64,000 bases of DNA from Planctomycetota bacterium (GTDB lineage Bacteria > Planctomycetota > PLA2 > JAEUHO01): assembly GCA_050248855.1 (NCBI GenBank), contig JBFWRP010000021.1:19286-83285 (forward strand), in the 5' to 3' direction. The notes beneath the pieces are model-generated. The model made no database searches and was not told where the DNA came from. It saw only the letters and a list, made by a program, of their open reading frames with translations. Shown piece by piece: positions 60,760-64,000 of the stretch (the first letter of the stretch is position 1; every line of letters starts with the position of its first letter). The position numbers were made by a program, and so were the translations under genes.

Positions 60760-61730
60760 GCGGCCCCGCGCCCCAGACCCTGACGCACACGCGGCTGGCG
60801 TGCTTCCGCGCGTGTCCGCGCCGCCACTACCTGCGCTACGAGCTCGGGCTTCGGCCCGAGGACACGGGCTTCGCGCTCAAGGTCGGCTCCGCGTTCCACC
60901 GTGCGCTCGAGGCAACAGCGAAGGGGCGCGACCCCGAGGCGGCGATCGCCGAGGGCCTCGACGACCCGTATGACCTCGCACTCGTCGCCGCCATGTTCGA
61001 TGGACACCAGCGCCGGTGGGCGGACGCGCACCTTGAGGTTGTCGCCTCCGAGCTCCCGTTCGACCTCCCGCTCGTCAACCCGGCGACGGGCGCCGCCACG
61101 CCGATCTGGCGCGTGGGCGGCGTGATCGACGCGATCGTGCGCCTGCCGGACGGCCGGCTCGCGCTGCTCGAGGTGAAGACGACCTCGCGCGACTTCGCGC
61201 CGGGCGCCGACTACTGGCTGCGCCTCCACCTGGACAGTCAGCTCTCGATCTACGTCATCGCCGCGCGCGAGCTCGGCCACGAGGTCGAGACGGTCCTCTA
61301 CGACGTCACGCGCCGGCCGGCGCTTCGGCCGCTGAAGGCCACGCCCGAGGTCTCGCGGAAGTACACGAAAGACGGCCGCCTCTACGCGAACCAGCGCGAG
61401 CGCGACGAGACGCCCGAGGAGTTCGCCACCCGCGTCGCCGCCGACATCGCCGCGAAGCCCGACCACTACTTCGCGCGCATCGAGATCGCGCGGCTCGACC
61501 AGGACCTCGAGGAGTGCCGCCGCGACCTCTGGATCCAGCAGCAGACCATCCGCGCGTGCCAGCGCGCCGACGGCTGGTACCGCAACCCCGGCGCCTGCTT
61601 CGAGCCGTTCGCCTGCGACTACCTCGCGGTGTGCCAGCACCGCGATCTCGACACCCAGACCCCCGTGGGGTTCGTGCGGTCGGACTCGATCCACCCCGAG
61701 CTCGACGGAGCCGCCATGTCCGGGGGCTGA
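60756..61730 (+). CDS. PD-(D/E)XK exonuclease (RecB/Cas4-like, 1+3 Cys)
   Basis: CPRRHYLRY, GSAFH, GVIDAI, LLEVKT, QLSIY and C-terminal ACFEPFACDYLAVC. Confidence 0.9.
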   Translation: MSGPAPQTLTHTRLACFRACPRRHYLRYELGLRPEDTGFALKVGSAFHRALEATAKGRDPEAAIAEGLDDPYDLALVAAMFDGHQRRWADAHLEVVASELPFDLPLVNPATGAATPIWRVGGVIDAIVRLPDGRLALLEVKTTSRDFAPGADYWLRLHLDSQLSIYVIAARELGHEVETVLYDVTRRPALRPLKATPEVSRKYTKDGRLYANQRERDETPEEFATRVAADIAAKPDHYFARIEIARLDQDLEECRRDLWIQQQTIRACQRADGWYRNPGACFEPFACDYLAVCQHRDLDTQTPVGFVRSDSIHPELDGAAMSGG

Positions 61731-61785
61731 GCCCGGCACGCCACCACGCCCGGGCAAGCGGGCGCAGCAACAGGAGTCCCACAGC

Positions 61786-62610
61786 ATGAACACGGCACAG
61801 AAGATCCCGCCGCCGCCCCCGAGGCGAGCGGCCACCCCCGCGGCCGAGACCGCAGCCTCCCCGAACCGGTTCGCCATCGTCTCGGGTCGCGTCTTCGGTC
61901 CCCAGCGGATCGTGGTCTACGGTCCCGGCGGGATCGGCAAGACGAGCCTGGCAGCCCAGGCGCCCAAGCCCGTCTTCCTCGACGTCGAGAGCGGGACGCG
62001 CGCGCTCGACGTGCCCCGCGTCGAAGGGATCGAGACGTTCGCGGATCTGCGCGCATGTCTCCAGGGCGACGTGCTCGACGGCTACGAGACGGTCGTGCTC
62101 GACTCGGCCACGCGCGCCGAGGAACTCGCCGTTGCCCACACGCTGGCCACGGTGCCGCACGAGAAGGGGCACCGCGTCACCTCGACCGAGGGATACGGGT
62201 TCGGCAAGGGCCTGCAGCACGTCTACGACACGTTCCTGCACCTGTTGCAGGACCTGGACGCGCAGGTGCGCCGCGGGCGCAGCGTGATCCTGATCGCGCA
62301 CGACTGCACGGCCGACGTGCCGAACCCCGTCGGCGAGGACTTCATCCGCTTCGAGCCGCACCTCCAGTCGCCCAAGAGCGGCAAGGCCTCGATCCGCAAC
62401 CGCGTCGTCCAGTGGGCCGACCACGTGCTCTTCGTGGGCTACGACGTCGTGGCCAAGGACCGCAAGGGCAAGGGCGCCGGCACGCGCACGATCTGGCCGG
62501 TCGAGCGCCCCGACCACGTGGCCAAGTCTAGGACGCTCTCCGAGCCGATGCCGTTCGCGGCGGCGGACGACGGCGCGATCTGGTCGCTGATCTTCGGCGG
62601 TGCGCAATGA
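61786..62610 (+). CDS. AAA_24/Sak4-like phage ATPase (putative single-strand annealing protein)
   Basis: YGPGGIGKT, FLDVESG, VVLDS, GFGKG, LIAH, WADHVLF and AKSR motifs. Confidence 0.88.
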   Translation: MNTAQKIPPPPPRRAATPAAETAASPNRFAIVSGRVFGPQRIVVYGPGGIGKTSLAAQAPKPVFLDVESGTRALDVPRVEGIETFADLRACLQGDVLDGYETVVLDSATRAEELAVAHTLATVPHEKGHRVTSTEGYGFGKGLQHVYDTFLHLLQDLDAQVRRGRSVILIAHDCTADVPNPVGEDFIRFEPHLQSPKSGKASIRNRVVQWADHVLFVGYDVVAKDRKGKGAGTRTIWPVERPDHVAKSRTLSEPMPFAAADDGAIWSLIFGGAQ

Positions 62611-63173
62611 GGCGCCTCGACCGCTCAGGGATCTTTCGCGCACGTCCGCTCTCGTGGTCCGTCCGCACCAGCGAGACGAGCCAGGCCGTCGCACTCTCGA
62701 TCGAGTTCCTGATCCTCGCGCAGCTCGACGGCTCGAACTGGGCGAGCTGGACCGAGTACGAGGAGCACCGCGTCTTCGGCGACTTCTACGTGATCAAGCG
62801 CGACGGATCGGTCAACCAGAAGATGGTTGATCAGCTCGTGAGCTCGCTCGGCTGGTCCGGCGACCTGCGCCAGGTCGGTCAGGCTGCGCCCGACGTCACC
62901 GTGCAGATCACGGTGAAGGAGGACGCCTACAACGGGCAGGTCCGCTTCAAGGCGGACTGGATCAACCCGGGCGACTACGTCCCGCAGCCGGGCAGTGCAT
63001 CGGAGGGCGAGCTCGGCACGCTCCAGGCGCGCTTCGGTTCGCTGCTGCGCGCGGCGGCCACGGGTGCTGCACGCGGGGCCCCCGCGAAGCCCGCGCCCGT
63101 GAGCCGTCCGGCCAGCACGCAGACGCCGAACGAGTCGACGCCGCTCGATGACGACTCCGACATCCCGTTCTGA
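62607..63173 (+). CDS. Putative phage single-stranded DNA-binding protein (DUF669-like)
   Basis: Beta-rich core, Pro/Ala linker and acidic SSB-type tail DDDSDIPF. Confidence 0.75.
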   Translation: MRRLDRSGIFRARPLSWSVRTSETSQAVALSIEFLILAQLDGSNWASWTEYEEHRVFGDFYVIKRDGSVNQKMVDQLVSSLGWSGDLRQVGQAAPDVTVQITVKEDAYNGQVRFKADWINPGDYVPQPGSASEGELGTLQARFGSLLRAAATGAARGAPAKPAPVSRPASTQTPNESTPLDDDSDIPF

Positions 63174-63330
63174 GTGGCGGCCATGGCTCGCCCGCGCACC
63201 ACCACCACCGTGTGCCCGCGTCCCACGGGCGCGCACTCCTGACCTCGCAGGCCGGGGCCCCGCTCGCTCGGTGAACCGGGCGGCCTGGGACTCTTGGCGG
63301 GTCACCCCGGCCTGCACTTTCCGAGAGGTG

Positions 63331-63804
63331 ATGATCGTGATCGTTGCAGCAGTCGATCCGGGCCTGGCAGGCGGTGTGGCGTTCATCGACACCAGCACCG
63401 GCCAGGGATTCGGCGAGGTCCTCGATACGACCGACGCCGTCGCGCTGGCCGAGGTGCTCCGCGCGCATGCCCCCAGCGCCGTTGGGATCGAGGTGCCCGT
63501 CGGGCGCCCGCCGCACACCGGCGGCTACGCGCAGATCAGCCGCCAGTGGCGCGCGATCGGGTGTTCCGAAGGTGTGGTGCTCGCGCTCGGGCTGCCTCTC
63601 GTGCGGGTGCAGCCGAAGGAGTGGCAACGCGTGGCGTTCGCGGGGCGCACGAAGCCCAAGACGTACGCGGAGCGAAAGCGCCACGCCCTTCGGCTCGCCC
63701 GCGAGCGCTGGCCCGGCGCGCGGCTCGACCGCGTGAAGGACAGCGGCCTTGCGGACGCGCTCTGGATCGCGGCCGTCGTGGCGAGCAGAGAGGCGAAGGG
63801 ATAG
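63331..63804 (+). CDS. Phage RuvC-like Holliday junction resolvase
   Basis: AVDPGLAGGVA, VGIE, VQPKEWQ and ADALWIA motifs. Confidence 0.85.
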   Translation: MIVIVAAVDPGLAGGVAFIDTSTGQGFGEVLDTTDAVALAEVLRAHAPSAVGIEVPVGRPPHTGGYAQISRQWRAIGCSEGVVLALGLPLVRVQPKEWQRVAFAGRTKPKTYAERKRHALRLARERWPGARLDRVKDSGLADALWIAAVVASREAKG

Positions 63805-63807
63805 GCG

Positions 63808-64000
63808 ATGCCGTTCTCGGCGCTCTACGTCCCGGAGAGCCGCGTCGTCACGATCGACGATGGAGGCCCGCAGCCGCGCGAGCTCTGGAGGCTCGGCGAG
63901 CTGCGCTGCCATCTGCCGGGCTGCGAGCACCCCATGACGATCGTCTGCGGGAGCGAACGCGCCTTCCACTTCCGCCACATGAACGGCGAGTGCGGCTGCG
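63808..64000 (+). CDS. CoiA-like zinc-ribbon N-terminal protein (partial)
   Basis: MPFSALY...CHLPGC...G...FHFRH...C; open to the end of the window. Confidence 0.6.
   Translation, partial: MPFSALYVPESRVVTIDDGGPQPRELWRLGELRCHLPGCEHPMTIVCGSERAFHFRHMNGECGC

Larger units (their letters stand above)
58016..64000 (+). mobile_element. Prophage or phage-like integrative element (partial, continues beyond the window)
   Basis: Begins at the tRNA-Asp att duplicate and carries co-oriented excisionase-like, exonuclease, AAA ATPase, SSB-like and RuvC-like genes. Confidence 0.8.

Noticed and set aside
1..64000. CRISPR array or CRISPR-Cas system
   Set aside because: No regularly spaced repeats with unique spacers were seen. 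The Cas4-like nuclease at 60756 sits in a phage recombination context with no other cas genes.

Overview
High-GC bacterial DNA, probably Planctomycetota, inferred from a TIGR02999-type ECF sigma factor next to a Ser/Thr kinase and a sigma-70 fused to carboxypeptidase-regulatory-like repeats. 1-9.5 kb holds a TetR start, a cytochrome P450 and a CzcCBA/CusCBA-type heavy-metal efflux operon with His-rich and HMA accessory genes. 9.5-36.7 kb is a mixed accessory region: phosphotransferase, aspartic protease, DinB proteins, ECF factors, serine hydrolase, an orphan paralog pair, glycosyltransferases, a minimal secretin and an S41 peptidase. 37-43.7 kb is a stress/repair cluster (PAS hybrid kinase, HPF-cold-shock fusion, Hsp20, PolX-like HhH protein, PIMT-erythromycin esterase fusion). 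44-51 kb holds an FN3 lipoprotein and a MacAB-like ABC exporter. 51.2-64 kb is a layered integration hotspot: IS ends around csbD/SDR/APC genes, a decayed DDE transposase, a nucleotidyltransferase, two 3'-half tRNA-Asp att remnants bracketing a DUF433/PIN toxin-antitoxin islet, and the start of a phage-like element with an exonuclease-Sak4-SSB-RuvC module that runs off the window. A family of GTACGGAG-terminated palindromes and several deletion scars are also visible. No CRISPR array, rRNA or intact tRNA was found. All family calls come from reading motifs by eye, not from database searches, and several start codons are uncertain.
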